From positions 449,319 through 513,318 of the forward strand of contig CAZVTT010000001.1 of the NCBI GenBank assembly GCA_964629685.1: a stretch of DNA of 64,000 nt, in the 5' to 3' direction. The notes under the pieces were generated by a model. It searched no databases, was not told the DNA's origin, and was given only the letters and a program-made list of their open reading frames with translations. The DNA is from an uncultured Gammaproteobacteria bacterium. Its GTDB lineage: Bacteria; Patescibacteriota; Microgenomatia; UBA10105; UBA927. The first letter of the stretch is position 1, and each line of letters starts with the position of its first letter. Of the stretch, positions 48,547 through 58,783 are shown one piece after another. Made by a program: the position numbers and the translations under genes.

Positions 48547-48570
48547 ATACTTAACTAATTAGTTAAGTAT
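48547..48570. promoter_or_regulatory. ArsR operator (perfect 24-bp palindrome)
   Basis: ATACTTAACTAATTAGTTAAGTAT directly upstream of the ArsR start, overlapping -10 TATACT. Confidence 0.75.
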
Positions 48571-48841
48571 AGCGAATACATTATTATCTGACAATTCTCT
48601 TGTAACTTCTGAAAATTTAAGCTAATGACATATAAGAAGACGTATAACCTGGGGCATACAAGACGAAACCTATAACGAATGCTATGCTAGGGTAGTAAGC
48701 CTATAAGATATTTGTGTAGGAAATACCGTTTAAACAAGGTTAAAATGGAATTCAGAAAACCTAATATAGAGAATTGCAAAAGCATTTCGGTATTAATGTA
48801 ATAAAAAAAATACGATTAGAAAAAGCATATTTCATAGTGTT

Positions 48842-49249
48842 TTGTTATCCGTTGCAAGTGGTATTGTCTTTGTTAGCGGGATGTACTTCATAGCAAGTGT
48901 CCGGGGTTTATCCCATGCAACTCCCGCGAGTCTGCTACTATTTTGTATCCCTCTATTGGTGTTTTCGTGGCGTAAACAGGTAAAGACGGTTAAAGAAATA
49001 TTTGTATCTAATTTTTTTACCAGTCTGTGGATAATCGTCCCGGTATGTCTGTTAGTAGGGTATTTTTTTGCAACCTTTCAGTTTGACGAATTTGATTCCT
49101 ACAATGGTTTTAATGTGCGCGAGTTTTTTACATTTTCTGCGCTAATTTGTATTCCTGTTTTTCAGATTACGTACATTACCTTGTGTATCGGTAGTGGTAT
49201 AAAATTAGTTTTATACAAAAGGAAATTACGGTCACGTCCGTCCTGCTAA
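48842..49249 (+). CDS. Hypothetical membrane protein (start uncertain)
   Basis: About 4 TMs; frame open back to 48797, with ATG at 48796 one base out of frame. Confidence 0.5.
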   Translation: MLSVASGIVFVSGMYFIASVRGLSHATPASLLLFCIPLLVFSWRKQVKTVKEIFVSNFFTSLWIIVPVCLLVGYFFATFQFDEFDSYNGFNVREFFTFSALICIPVFQITYITLCIGSGIKLVLYKRKLRSRPSC

Positions 49250-49306
49250 GTAATTGCTCGCGTAAAGCAAATATTCTTTTTGCTAAAGTCAGCATATAAT
49301 TGATTT

Positions 49307-49813
49307 ATGACTGATGAAGATTACATGTTGGCAGCAATTGCTCAAGCACAAAAGGCCGGCACAAATGGTGGGTTACCGTTAGGAGCCGTAGTAGTAAAAG
49401 AGGGCGAAATCATTGTTTCGGGAACCAGTCACGTCGGTGATTTTATGGACCCGACGGCACATGGTGAGTCTCTGGCAATCAGAAACGCCTGCAAAAAATT
49501 AAATACCTTAAATCTTTCGGAATGTATTCTATATACTACGCTTGAGCCTTGTTCCATGTGCTTGGCATGTGCCAGTTGGTGCGGGCTAAAACGTATTGTT
49601 TTTGGATCATACCGTACGGATATACCGGAAAATCCATATGAAATGGATAACTACCATGCCGAAGCACATGCTCGCCAATTAACGCCGATTGGCGGGGGTT
49701 CCATGATTGTAGATGGTGGCGTTCTCCGTAAAGAATGTGCTGCATTAATGCAGCATATGGTGAACTGGACAATCTCTGATGAGTTACAAACTATACATGA
49801 TGCGATGAAATAA
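49307..49813 (+). CDS. Nucleoside/guanine deaminase (TadA-like fold)
   Basis: DPTAHGE, EPCSMC. Confidence 0.88.
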   Translation: MTDEDYMLAAIAQAQKAGTNGGLPLGAVVVKEGEIIVSGTSHVGDFMDPTAHGESLAIRNACKKLNTLNLSECILYTTLEPCSMCLACASWCGLKRIVFGSYRTDIPENPYEMDNYHAEAHARQLTPIGGGSMIVDGGVLRKECAALMQHMVNWTISDELQTIHDAMK

Positions 49814-49869
49814 TTGAGGTGGCTAGTTGGTTAGTCTGAACCAGAAGATAGCCACCTCTATTATCCTAC

Positions 49870-50127
49870 CTATTTTTCTACCGCTTTACGTACTTCCTTT
49901 TGTTCTTTCGCAGCTTTGTTTTTCAACGAATCTAAAGAATCTTCTATTGAATTTCCAGTATTTTTTACGGTATCAGCTACACGATCTTTTATATCTGAAA
50001 CGGTGTTGTTTATAGCAGTCCTTTTCTTTTTATCAGACAGTATCGCAGCTGCTGCAACTGCAATTCCGGCCACTACTGCACCCGTTGCTGCTCCCGCTAC
50101 TGCGGCGTTCTTATTGTTATTTTTCAT
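49870..50127 (-). CDS. Small stress-type (YtxH-like) protein
   Basis: Ala/Gly hydrophobic segment followed by charged helix. Confidence 0.6.
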   Translation of the reverse strand: MKNNNKNAAVAGAATGAVVAGIAVAAAAILSDKKKRTAINNTVSDIKDRVADTVKNTGNSIEDSLDSLKNKAAKEQKEVRKAVEK

Positions 50128-50161
50128 ATATTTATTCTTTCATTAAATAGTGTTAATAGCT

Positions 50162-50404
50162 TTATTTATGCAGTGCGCGTCCTAAGAAAATTAGGATGAT
50201 TGCACCAATCACGGCGACCACCAGACTGTAAAGATTAAATCCGGTTACACCTGGTTGTCCCAGGGTATTCATAACGAAACCACCAACGAATGCACCGACT
50301 ATTCCAAGTAAAATGTCTTCCAGCATCCCATGATTACTTTTCATGAGAACGTCTGCTATAAAACCTGCTAATGCTCCCAGTACAATCCAAAATATAATGT
50401 CCAT
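50162..50404 (-). CDS. GlsB/YeaQ/YmgE family stress membrane protein
   Basis: WIVLGALAGFIA, LGIVGAFVGG, GFNLYS..VAVIGA. Confidence 0.9.
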   Translation of the reverse strand: MDIIFWIVLGALAGFIADVLMKSNHGMLEDILLGIVGAFVGGFVMNTLGQPGVTGFNLYSLVVAVIGAIILIFLGRALHK

Positions 50405-50440
50405 ATTTTTCCTTTCTTAAAAATGTAATGTATTAACGTA

Positions 50441-50674
50441 TTAAGGCTCTTGATTAATATTTACGTCAATTTTATCCGGAACGTTAATCTGCGGCGTTTG
50501 AGATCCAGTTTGTGAATTATTAGATCTATCAGGTATGAACGTTTCCCGGAGTATTGGAATTCCAAACACCAGAAATAGAACTACGAAACCTATCAGGAAT
50601 ATCATTGCGAAAACGAGAGTAAAGTTATTTCCTGAATCCGTAGATGTTGCCGGATTATTTACTACTGTGGTCAT
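50441..50674 (-). CDS. Small single-TM protein
   Basis: SD AGGAGG, one TM, INVPDKIDVNI tail. Confidence 0.7.
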   Translation of the reverse strand: MTTVVNNPATSTDSGNNFTLVFAMIFLIGFVVLFLVFGIPILRETFIPDRSNNSQTGSQTPQINVPDKIDVNINQEP

Positions 50675-50708
50675 ATATTCCTCCTAAATGATTAACGGGC
50701 AATAGTAT

Positions 50709-51212
50709 TTATTTTTTTTCAGTTTTTACACGCGCTTGAATAGTTACTTCCACATCGGCGATGTGCGATAATGTTTCATCTGCGTTTTCTTCATCCTCTA
50801 AGGTTAAACGTAAGAGTTCCGCTACATTCTCTTCTCCCAAAGCTAATGCAAATGCTAGAGCAGAACCATAACCGGCTATTTCATAATGTTCTACTCGTTG
50901 CGCAGCAGATATAATAGCTGCGTCAAGCGCATAAGACTGATCTTCTTCTAATAATTTGGCACCTTCTTGTAACAATCCTTCCATTCCTTTGCATTTTTCA
51001 CCACCTGTTTTAACTTTCAACTCTTCAGCTGCCTGTTCCAGGCGTATTACGTGCTCACGTGTCTGTTCTAAATGTTCTTCCAATGCTTCACGCAACGCTT
51101 TTGACGTGCATATTTTCGTCATTTTTGGTAAAGCTGCAATAATTTGTTTTTCTGCACTGTAAAGGTCCTGAATTTCATGGACCAGCACATCATCTAGTGT
51201 TTCAATTTTCAT
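50709..51212 (-). CDS. yciF: YciE/YciF (DUF892) ferritin-like stress protein
   Basis: DLYSAEKQ, HLEQT..H..RLE, CKGMEGL, AQRVEHYEIAGYG. Confidence 0.92.
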   Translation of the reverse strand: MKIETLDDVLVHEIQDLYSAEKQIIAALPKMTKICTSKALREALEEHLEQTREHVIRLEQAAEELKVKTGGEKCKGMEGLLQEGAKLLEEDQSYALDAAIISAAQRVEHYEIAGYGSALAFALALGEENVAELLRLTLEDEENADETLSHIADVEVTIQARVKTEKK

Positions 51213-51229
51213 GTTTTATCTCCTATTAA

Positions 51230-51310
51230 TTAAAAGAAATGGGTAACGACATAAAATAGAATTAATACGGATAAAGGAACTCCGAGTAACCATGCAAGTA
51301 TGTATCCCAT
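51230..51310 (-). CDS. 26-aa membrane peptide MGYILAWLLGVPLSVLILFYVVTHFF (not in ORF track)
   Basis: SD AAAGGAG 7 nt before ATG; first gene of the stress operon. Confidence 0.7.
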   Translation of the reverse strand: MGYILAWLLGVPLSVLILFYVVTHFF

Positions 51311-51457
51311 ATTGACGCTCCTTTCACTTTTGAAACTTTTATTACTTTTAAGTGTAGTTAACGTCGGTGGGAATTCTGTCAGAAAAATGATAGAAAAACG
51401 TAAGAATGATTATTCCAGAAAGCTGATAATAGTAGCTTAGAATGGTATAATATATGT

Positions 51458-52129
51458 ATGATTCCTTACATTGTCTTGATTGAAGACGACAACGATATAC
51501 AAAAATATTTGAAGGAGTTACTGGTAGATAATAATTTTACCGTAAAAACCGCAACTACCGGAATTGCCGGTCTTACATTGGTAAAACGTGCGGAACCAAA
51601 TCTGGTGTTATTGGATTTAACGTTACCAGATATGAAAGGGGAAAGTGTTTGTACGGAAATACGAAAAGAATACCCTAATCTCCCGATAATTATGTTAACG
51701 GCCAAAGACCAAGTATCCGATAAACTTAAGGGGTTTACCTTAGGAGCCGATGATTATATTACCAAGCCATTTGTAGCTGACGAGTTGTTAGCCAGAATAC
51801 GAGCTAGGTTAAAGCATCTTATTGCAGACAATCCCACAATGAGTATAGATGATTTAACTTTGAATATCGCTACATTTGAAGTTAAACGGGGAGAAAAACC
51901 TATTCAGCTTACTCCACAGGAATTTAAACTTCTAGAGTTTCTTATAAGAAACAAAGGAACCGTTTTAACCCGAGATGTTATTTTGAATCGTATCTGGATG
52001 TATTCGCCTGACGTGGAAAGCCGAGTGGTGGACGTTTATATGGGTTACCTGCGTAAGAAAATTGATGCCGGTTACAAAAAGAAATTGCTGCACTCAATAA
52101 GGGGTTTCGGGTATACGGTTAAAGACTAG
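51458..52129 (+). CDS. OmpR/PhoB-family response regulator
   Basis: IEDD, LDLTLPD, GADDYITKPF, LRKKID, IRGFGY. Confidence 0.93.
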   Translation: MIPYIVLIEDDNDIQKYLKELLVDNNFTVKTATTGIAGLTLVKRAEPNLVLLDLTLPDMKGESVCTEIRKEYPNLPIIMLTAKDQVSDKLKGFTLGADDYITKPFVADELLARIRARLKHLIADNPTMSIDDLTLNIATFEVKRGEKPIQLTPQEFKLLEFLIRNKGTVLTRDVILNRIWMYSPDVESRVVDVYMGYLRKKIDAGYKKKLLHSIRGFGYTVKD

Positions 52130-52133
52130 TTAT

Positions 52134-52508
52134 TTAATTCACTTCTTTTGCGGTATATCTGTTTACCTGTGAAATAAATTCATCGATTTCAAATGGTTTA
52201 CCAAGGAATATCTCGGCTCCTACATCTTTGGCAAGTTGCTGCATATTCTTCTGATTTGCGGACATAAGAAAAACGGGTACATTCTTTGTGGCGGCTTGGG
52301 ACTTAATTTCTTTTATTAATTTAGATCCATTTTTACCGGGCAATCTGTAGTCAATAATTATAAGTGCGGGAAAGTTTTGCTGTATGTGGGCTTTAAGTGT
52401 TTTACCGTTAGATAAAGAGATAACAGTATACCCTTCATACTCCAGATTTATTCGAAGAGCTTCAGAAAATGACTCGTCATCTTCAACCAGGATTATTGTT
52501 TTATTCAT
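52134..52508 (-). CDS. Stand-alone receiver protein
   Basis: VEDD, IDYRLP, MSA, KPF. Confidence 0.9.
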   Translation of the reverse strand: MNKTIILVEDDESFSEALRINLEYEGYTVISLSNGKTLKAHIQQNFPALIIIDYRLPGKNGSKLIKEIKSQAATKNVPVFLMSANQKNMQQLAKDVGAEIFLGKPFEIDEFISQVNRYTAKEVN

Positions 52509-52527
52509 AGTATTAAATAGACAAATG

Positions 52528-54927
52528 TTAATTTAACGTTTTAGGAACCAGGGGGATAGTAAAGTAAAAGGTTGATCCTTTATGAAGTTCACTGTCTACC
52601 CAGATTTTACCACCACTCTTTTTAACTATTTCCGCGGCGATATACAAACCCACACCTAATCCAGAAGATGTGGTTTTTTCTGTAGAATTACTCCGGTAGA
52701 AAATATCAAATATTTTTTTAAAATCTTTCTTGGGAATGCCTACACCGAAATCCTGAACACTTATTTGTACTTCTTCATTCTCTATTTTTACATTTATATT
52801 TATACGGTTTGAATTGGGTGAATACTTTATGGCATTTTGAACTAAATTAATTAATACTTGAGCAAGTCTGTTTTTATCTGCCACAATATCCTGTTTTACC
52901 ATTCCCGTTCTATGAATGCTATGTGAAGGTACAGTGAACTGTAGTTCCTTTATTTGTTCGTCTAAAAATGTATCAATAGAAAACATTTCATAAAATAAAT
53001 CAAGTTTGTTATTCTGGATTCTGGTCATATCCAGCAAGTCCTTTATGAGACGAGCCAGATTGTCTGCCTTTGCATCTATCTTTGAAAGATACTCCTGACT
53101 TTTACTATCCTGAACTTTTGATAAATGCTTATTGAGTATGGCAACAAATGCTTTAATACTGGCTAACGGTGTCGTAAGTTCATGACTGGCAATCCCCAGT
53201 AAATGTTCCTGTCTTTTTTCTTCTACTTTCCGTTTGCTAATGTCACGCAATATCCACAGTTGCTGGTTAGGCAATACTTCGGTTTTAACGCTATACTCAA
53301 TTGGTATAATGTTTCCTTCATGAGAAACCATTTCCATTTCGCCACGGCCGTATCCGTGTGCGATATGGCTCTTAAGTTTTTTGGCTACAGCTTTTTTTCC
53401 GTTTGTGTGCAAGCGATCTGATAATTTGGAAAAAAGTAGCTGTGCACGGGGAAACTTAAACACATCGACTCCGGCTTTGTTTAAGTCAACTATTGTCAGA
53501 TTTTTATCCGTGATAATAATGGGATCTAAAGATGATTCAAAAACCGATTTAAATTTTTTCTCACTGTGCTTTAATCTCTCTTCAGAAATTTTTCTTTCAG
53601 TAATGTCCATCCCTATCCCCATCATTCTCAGAGAATTATTTTGCTTATCCTTAATAACTTCACCCTTTTTATATATCCATTTTACTTCTCCGTTGGGTAG
53701 TGCGATGCGAAATTCCTTTTCAAATCCGGAGCCAGTTTTTATTGCTTTCACCAACTCTTTCTGAACAGCTTTCCGATCTTCCGGATAAATACGATCCAGG
53801 AATTTTATTAGCGTACTGTCTTTGCTTTTACTGGAAATACCGTAAATCGATTTAAAACTTTCCGATAAGGCAAAAACATCATCGGAATAATTCCAGTCCC
53901 AGGTACTCATTTTTCCCATTTCTAACGCCAGACGTAACGATTTATCATACGTGTGCAGCACTCTGTACGTATTTTTCTGCTTTTTAATAATTCTTTTTGC
54001 ATGCTCATAAATTCGTGAATTGTCAAATAACGTAGCGGCGCGATGGGCGAAAAGTTCCAACATCTCCAAATCATCCGAGGTATATCTTCTGTCAGATTCG
54101 GAATATGCGAACGTTATTAATCCTAAAGCCCGTTTTCTTGTTATCAGGGGGACAGTGATTATTGAACGAATATTTAATTGTGAGAGTAAACGCAGATGTT
54201 CGTCATCTTTGGCTGCATTTTTAATATCAGTTTCGGTTATTTCCGGAAATAATACGGGTTTTTTGTTCTTTAATATTTGTATCAGGTTACTGTTGTTTTT
54301 TACCGAGGGGTATTTTTGATGAAGAATATCTGCAATCTTTATTTTCTTTGGATCGATATGTGAAATAGCTTTCCGTACCAGCGTTCCTTTCTCAGTTAAC
54401 ATGTCTATAGCACACCAATCGGCCATTTCAGGAACGATTAATTCTGCTAAACGCTTTACCCGACTTTCATAGTTAAGTATGGAAGCGAGCGAGCTGTTTA
54501 TATTTGTGAGTAGTGTAAAGGTTTTTTCCGAGCGTTTAAACTTGGTTAAGTCGTAAAAACTGTTTATAACACCGTTTATAACACCGGCCGAATCCGTGAA
54601 TGGTATTGCTTTAACCCAAGACCAATTATTCTTATTCTCGGATATATTCTTAAACCGAAGTATAGCTTCTTCGGGTAATCCGCTAAGGAGTGCCCTTCTA
54701 CCCGGAAGTTTTTGATATGGAAGCGGGTTTCCTGATTCGTCCAGTATCGTAAAGTTTTTCATAAGTTCGCCGGGTGGTAATTGAAAAAATTTTTCTGATG
54801 AAGAGAATCCCATAACGCGTAAGGCTTCTTTGTTTGCATAGAGTACTTTCCCTGACGTGTCCTGTATGGTTATTCCGTGGGGTAAAATGTCTAATATTTT
54901 CTCTATCGAAGTTGAAGTGATTTCCAT
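52528..54927 (-). CDS. Cytoplasmic PAS-GAF-PAS-PAS histidine kinase
   Basis: PAS, GAF (ADWCAID), PAS/PAC, ASHELTTP, NAIKYS, DFGVGI, GLGVGL. Confidence 0.92.
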   Translation of the reverse strand: MEITSTSIEKILDILPHGITIQDTSGKVLYANKEALRVMGFSSSEKFFQLPPGELMKNFTILDESGNPLPYQKLPGRRALLSGLPEEAILRFKNISENKNNWSWVKAIPFTDSAGVINGVINSFYDLTKFKRSEKTFTLLTNINSSLASILNYESRVKRLAELIVPEMADWCAIDMLTEKGTLVRKAISHIDPKKIKIADILHQKYPSVKNNSNLIQILKNKKPVLFPEITETDIKNAAKDDEHLRLLSQLNIRSIITVPLITRKRALGLITFAYSESDRRYTSDDLEMLELFAHRAATLFDNSRIYEHAKRIIKKQKNTYRVLHTYDKSLRLALEMGKMSTWDWNYSDDVFALSESFKSIYGISSKSKDSTLIKFLDRIYPEDRKAVQKELVKAIKTGSGFEKEFRIALPNGEVKWIYKKGEVIKDKQNNSLRMMGIGMDITERKISEERLKHSEKKFKSVFESSLDPIIITDKNLTIVDLNKAGVDVFKFPRAQLLFSKLSDRLHTNGKKAVAKKLKSHIAHGYGRGEMEMVSHEGNIIPIEYSVKTEVLPNQQLWILRDISKRKVEEKRQEHLLGIASHELTTPLASIKAFVAILNKHLSKVQDSKSQEYLSKIDAKADNLARLIKDLLDMTRIQNNKLDLFYEMFSIDTFLDEQIKELQFTVPSHSIHRTGMVKQDIVADKNRLAQVLINLVQNAIKYSPNSNRININVKIENEEVQISVQDFGVGIPKKDFKKIFDIFYRSNSTEKTTSSGLGVGLYIAAEIVKKSGGKIWVDSELHKGSTFYFTIPLVPKTLN

Positions 54928-55138
54928 AAATATAAACCTGTTTTACATGAATATAGAAAGTTTGTATGCATATGTAGGTAACCGTGGGCTAAAAATATTT
55001 ATTATAATTCGGTTATAGTATGCACTATTTGCATCCGTATAAAGCAAGGTTTGTGTAAGAATACGGTAAGAATACGCGCTAATTCCAAATGTATGATATA
55101 TTACGTTTATTATAAGGTCAAAATTAGAGGGAGATACT

Positions 55139-55555
55139 ATGAAAACTACACTAAATCCATATATCGGTTTTAAATCAAATGCCCGGGAAGCTATGGAATT
55201 TTATAAAACGGTATTTGGCGGAAAACTTACCATAAGCACGTTTAAAGATTTTCATGCTTCACAGGATGTTGCTGAAGATAACAAGATTATGCACGCCATG
55301 TTAGTTGCTGACAATGGAATTACGTTAATGGGTTCTGATACGCCAAATAGTATGACGTACAACGAAGGCAGCAGAATAAGTATCTCTTTAAGCGGAGATA
55401 ATGATTCTGAACTTCGGACGTACTGGGATAAACTGGCTGATGGCGGAACTGTTATTATGCCTTTTGATAAAGCCCCTTGGGGAGATACCTTCGGGATGCT
55501 ATCCGATAAATTCGGAATAGTCTGGATGGTTAATGTTATGGCTCCGAAAGCCTAA
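55139..55555 (+). CDS. PhnB/VOC family protein
   Basis: LNPYI.F..NAREAMEFY, IMHA, PWGDTFGMLSDKFGIVW. Confidence 0.9.
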   Translation: MKTTLNPYIGFKSNAREAMEFYKTVFGGKLTISTFKDFHASQDVAEDNKIMHAMLVADNGITLMGSDTPNSMTYNEGSRISISLSGDNDSELRTYWDKLADGGTVIMPFDKAPWGDTFGMLSDKFGIVWMVNVMAPKA

Positions 55556-55576
55556 AATACATCTGGTTAAATAGCC

Positions 55577-55834
55577 TTAATCGAATGGGGTTTTGATCGT
55601 CTTTTTCATGGGTCCCCATGTTTTGGTCCAACCTTTCGTCTTCCAACGAAATAGGAAGTGGATACTTACTCCGAGAAGGGCGCCGAGGATTATCCATGCT
55701 GCAACCCCATCCCAACCCCACCAGAGAAATATGCAGTAAGTGAGGACTATGAGGACAATCCATTTTATAACCCGAAATCTTGCCGATTGTCCATGTAGGG
55801 CTATGTATGACTCGCGTTGTAGAATTTTTTTCAT
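55577..55834 (-). CDS. Small membrane protein
   Basis: Two TMs, HFLFRWKTKGWT.TWG tail. Confidence 0.6.
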   Translation of the reverse strand: MKKILQRESYIALHGQSARFRVIKWIVLIVLTYCIFLWWGWDGVAAWIILGALLGVSIHFLFRWKTKGWTKTWGPMKKTIKTPFD

Positions 55835-55924
55835 AATCTAATCAGCTTATCCATCATCCGCTTTATAGTTCGATAAATCTATTTAATTATAGAATACTTA
55901 ACTATTTATGATAAAGTAGGGTTT

Positions 55925-56518
55925 ATGCAAACTTATGTAGCTTTGTTGCGCGGGATTAATGTGGGTGGTAATTCGAAAGTGGAAATGTCCAAGCTTAAAT
56001 CCGTTATGGAAGAATTAGGTTATATACATGTATCTACCTACATTAATTCCGGGAACGTTATTTTTTCACATGTACAGCAGGAACCGGCTTTACTGGAAAA
56101 AAATATTGAAATTGCCGTGGAGCGGGTATTTGGTTTTCCCATTCCTGTTGTGGTGAGGAGTGCTCATAGTATTGCTTCTCTTTGCGCGGTAATTCCCAAA
56201 ACATGGAAGAATGACGATGATATGAAAACGGATGTGCTATTTTTACGTGAAGGATTTAAATCAAGTAGTACATTAGAAAAAATAAAAAGTAACCCGGATG
56301 TTGACACGATGAAATATTCACACGGAGCTATCGTGTGGAATTTAGACAGAAAAAAATACAATAAGAGCGGCATGCGAAAGTTTATCGGCACTTTGGTATA
56401 TAAAAACATGACAGCCAGGAACATAAATACGGTTAGGAAGCTAAATGAACTTATGAATGGGGAGGTTAAATCTGAAAAAAGTTTCAAAATTACCGGTAAA
56501 AAAACTCATTATTTGTAG
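55925..56518 (+). CDS. DUF1697 family protein
   Basis: YVALLRGINVGG, TYINSGNV, TARN..T..KL. Confidence 0.9.
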   Translation: MQTYVALLRGINVGGNSKVEMSKLKSVMEELGYIHVSTYINSGNVIFSHVQQEPALLEKNIEIAVERVFGFPIPVVVRSAHSIASLCAVIPKTWKNDDDMKTDVLFLREGFKSSSTLEKIKSNPDVDTMKYSHGAIVWNLDRKKYNKSGMRKFIGTLVYKNMTARNINTVRKLNELMNGEVKSEKSFKITGKKTHYL

Positions 56519-56795
56519 CAGGGGACACAAATTCTATAAAAGCAGTGATTGTCCTGTTTGTCCAAAGTGCTGGTCCGGGTATTACCGAAAAACCATTACT
56601 CATGAATTTCCGGAAACTATCAGTTCACCAGCGCTCAGGGCGTTACTTAACGCTAAAATTACAACATTATCGCAGTTGGCAAAACATACAGAAACAGAAC
56701 TTCTCGCATTGCATGGTATGGGGCCAAGTACTATTCCCAAACTTCGGGTAGCTTTAAAAGCCAAAGGGTTGGCGTTTAAACCGGAAAAGTTTTAG
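56457..56795 (+). CDS. Zn-ribbon + RNA polymerase alpha-CTD-like HhH protein
   Basis: C..GH..YKSSDCPVCPKC; PALRAL..LLALHGMGP; start uncertain. Confidence 0.75.
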   Translation: MGRLNLKKVSKLPVKKLIICSRGHKFYKSSDCPVCPKCWSGYYRKTITHEFPETISSPALRALLNAKITTLSQLAKHTETELLALHGMGPSTIPKLRVALKAKGLAFKPEKF

Positions 56796-57370
56796 TATAT
56801 TTTTTCTTTCGCTTTCATGAGCGAAAGAAGTGCTTCGAATCTTCTTTTTCTTGTTTCCGGTTTTACCGCCGTATTTAGTCGGAAGGCAATAGCGAAGGTA
56901 TTTGCTTTTGTTAAAGTACTATAAAATTCAAAAGCATCCGGATATTTGCGTAATTCCTTCACAAAATCATTAGGAACTTTCATGTCTTTAGGTGAATCAT
57001 ATGCACGCTCCCATCTACCGTCTGACTTTGCAGCTTCTACTTCTTTTAATCCACCGGGTTTCATTTTATTTTCGATAATTAGGTTTTCAACAATATTTCT
57101 GTTAATTTTTGACCAGATGCTTTTTTGCCTTCTGGGGGAAACCTTTTGTAAATATTCTTTGGAATCCAAACTATTTACCACACTATCTATCCACCCGTAT
57201 ATTAAGCATCCTTCACGCAGTTCTTCGTAGGTAATGGATGTTATGCCGCTGTCTTTTTTTGCCAGCTTTATCCATACAGCTGAGGAGTAATTAGCAGCAT
57301 TCTTTTCGAGCCATTTAATCCAATCAGGGTAAGTAGGAAATTGAAGAACTTCTAATCCTTTATGTGTCAT
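56792..57370 (-). CDS. YdeI/OmpD-associated family protein
   Basis: GWIDS, SPRR.KSIWSKIN, DGRWERAYD, KPETR. Confidence 0.9.
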   Translation of the reverse strand: MTHKGLEVLQFPTYPDWIKWLEKNAANYSSAVWIKLAKKDSGITSITYEELREGCLIYGWIDSVVNSLDSKEYLQKVSPRRQKSIWSKINRNIVENLIIENKMKPGGLKEVEAAKSDGRWERAYDSPKDMKVPNDFVKELRKYPDAFEFYSTLTKANTFAIAFRLNTAVKPETRKRRFEALLSLMKAKEKIY

Positions 57371-57523
57371 ATATATAGACTTGTGTTTGTTAGATATGAT
57401 AACAAATCATACTAGGAAATTATAATGTCAAAATGTATTTAATATGCACCTAAAATTGTACTTTAGTAATATTGTTATATAATCACTTCGAATCTTTCCC
57501 AAAATCCAATCCGTGCAATTCAT

Positions 57524-57742
57524 ATGAATCAACTAATACATAATTCTGTGCTAGCAAAACGACTACAACACAAAATAACGCAGGAAGAATTGGCGCGAGC
57601 AGTTAGCGTCACGCGTCAAACAATTATTGCCATTGAAAAAGGAAATTATACCCCATCCGTAGTATTGGCTCTAAAATTGGCAAAATATTTTAAGACTAGT
57701 GTGGAATCATTATTTGGATTGGAGGAAGAGTATGTTGGTTGA
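57524..57742 (+). CDS. XRE HTH regulator
   Basis: [22 protein letters not shown]. Confidence 0.9.
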   Translation: MNQLIHNSVLAKRLQHKITQEELARAVSVTRQTIIAIEKGNYTPSVVLALKLAKYFKTSVESLFGLEEEYVG

Positions 57743-58085
57743 AACTCTAAGCGCGTTAATTATTCTGGGAATCGCAATTCTTTTCTTAAATCCGGGTAAT
57801 TTGTCTATGCCGGAGAGTATGGTTTCGATAATGATTGTTACGATTATTATTGCGTTTTTGGCTTTTGCGGCTTTTTTGTTGAAAGAGCAGTCATCTGATG
57901 AACGTGAAGCCATACACGTACTGACTGCAGGTAGAATATCATATTTAGCAGGTGTGGGAGCGCTTATTCTCGGAATAATAATCCAGGGTTTAAAGCATGA
58001 AATCGATGCTTGGCTAGTTATTTCTCTTTGTGTAATGGTTTTTACGAAGCTTCTTTCACGTATATACTCTCACTTTAGAATGTAA
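57732..58085 (+). CDS. Small membrane protein (DUF2178-like)
   Basis: 4 TMs, DERE motif, coupled to XRE gene. Confidence 0.65.
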   Translation: MLVETLSALIILGIAILFLNPGNLSMPESMVSIMIVTIIIAFLAFAAFLLKEQSSDEREAIHVLTAGRISYLAGVGALILGIIIQGLKHEIDAWLVISLCVMVFTKLLSRIYSHFRM

Positions 58086-58150
58086 AGTCGACTTGACATT
58101 CGCATCGCTATTCACTACGATAGAAAAATGATCGGAGGTGGATTTAGTAT

Positions 58151-58717
58151 ATGAAAAATCCAGTAATAATTTTCGTAGTAATTGCAGTTGTTGCAGTTCT
58201 TGGCATGGGTGCATATTCGATGTTTCAGAATTCTTCTCAATCTGATTCCACGATGAAAAAGGATGAGAACATGATGCGCAAGGAAGATGAAGGAATGGAT
58301 AACGGAGATGGCGCGATGATGAAAAAGGATGAGGCCACAATGCAAGACGACAAAATGATGAAAGACGACGGAATGATGGATGAAAAAATGGGCAAAGGCG
58401 GATACGTTCAGTATTCCAAAGCGACTCTTGATGAAGCAGCCGGTAATCGTCGAGTACTGTTTTTCTATGCATCATGGTGTCCAACTTGCAAACCAGCGGA
58501 TGTAAGCTTTACGCAAAACGTAAGTAAAATTCCTGAGGATGTAACGTTAATTCGGGTTAACTACAACGATCCTGAAACGGACCAAGAGGAAAAAGATCTT
58601 GCAAAGAAGTACGCTATAACTTATCAACACACATTTGTGCAGTTAGATGAAACCGGAAAAGAAGTAACAAAGTGGAATGGTGGACAAATAGACGAATTAC
58701 TTTCAAATATTAGGTAA
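58151..58717 (+). CDS. Membrane-anchored thioredoxin with Met-rich MxKDx linker
   Basis: TM, MKKDE/MMKDD repeats, FYASWCPTC. Confidence 0.85.
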   Translation: MKNPVIIFVVIAVVAVLGMGAYSMFQNSSQSDSTMKKDENMMRKEDEGMDNGDGAMMKKDEATMQDDKMMKDDGMMDEKMGKGGYVQYSKATLDEAAGNRRVLFFYASWCPTCKPADVSFTQNVSKIPEDVTLIRVNYNDPETDQEEKDLAKKYAITYQHTFVQLDETGKEVTKWNGGQIDELLSNIR

Positions 58718-58783
58718 TTTGCGGTTCTGGTTTTTGTCTTACACAGAAGCCAGTATCAGAGGTAATATAATAATAAAACAGTT

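Larger units (their letters stand above)
47215..48657 (+). repeat. Three dispersed copies of TATAAYYTGGGRCAY
   Basis: 47215-47229, 47784-47798, 48643-48657; all intergenic, same orientation. Confidence 0.55.

Noticed and set aside
46450-49300. Prophage or canonical integron at tRNA-Gln
   Set aside because: No integrase, phage genes or attC-like palindromes seen
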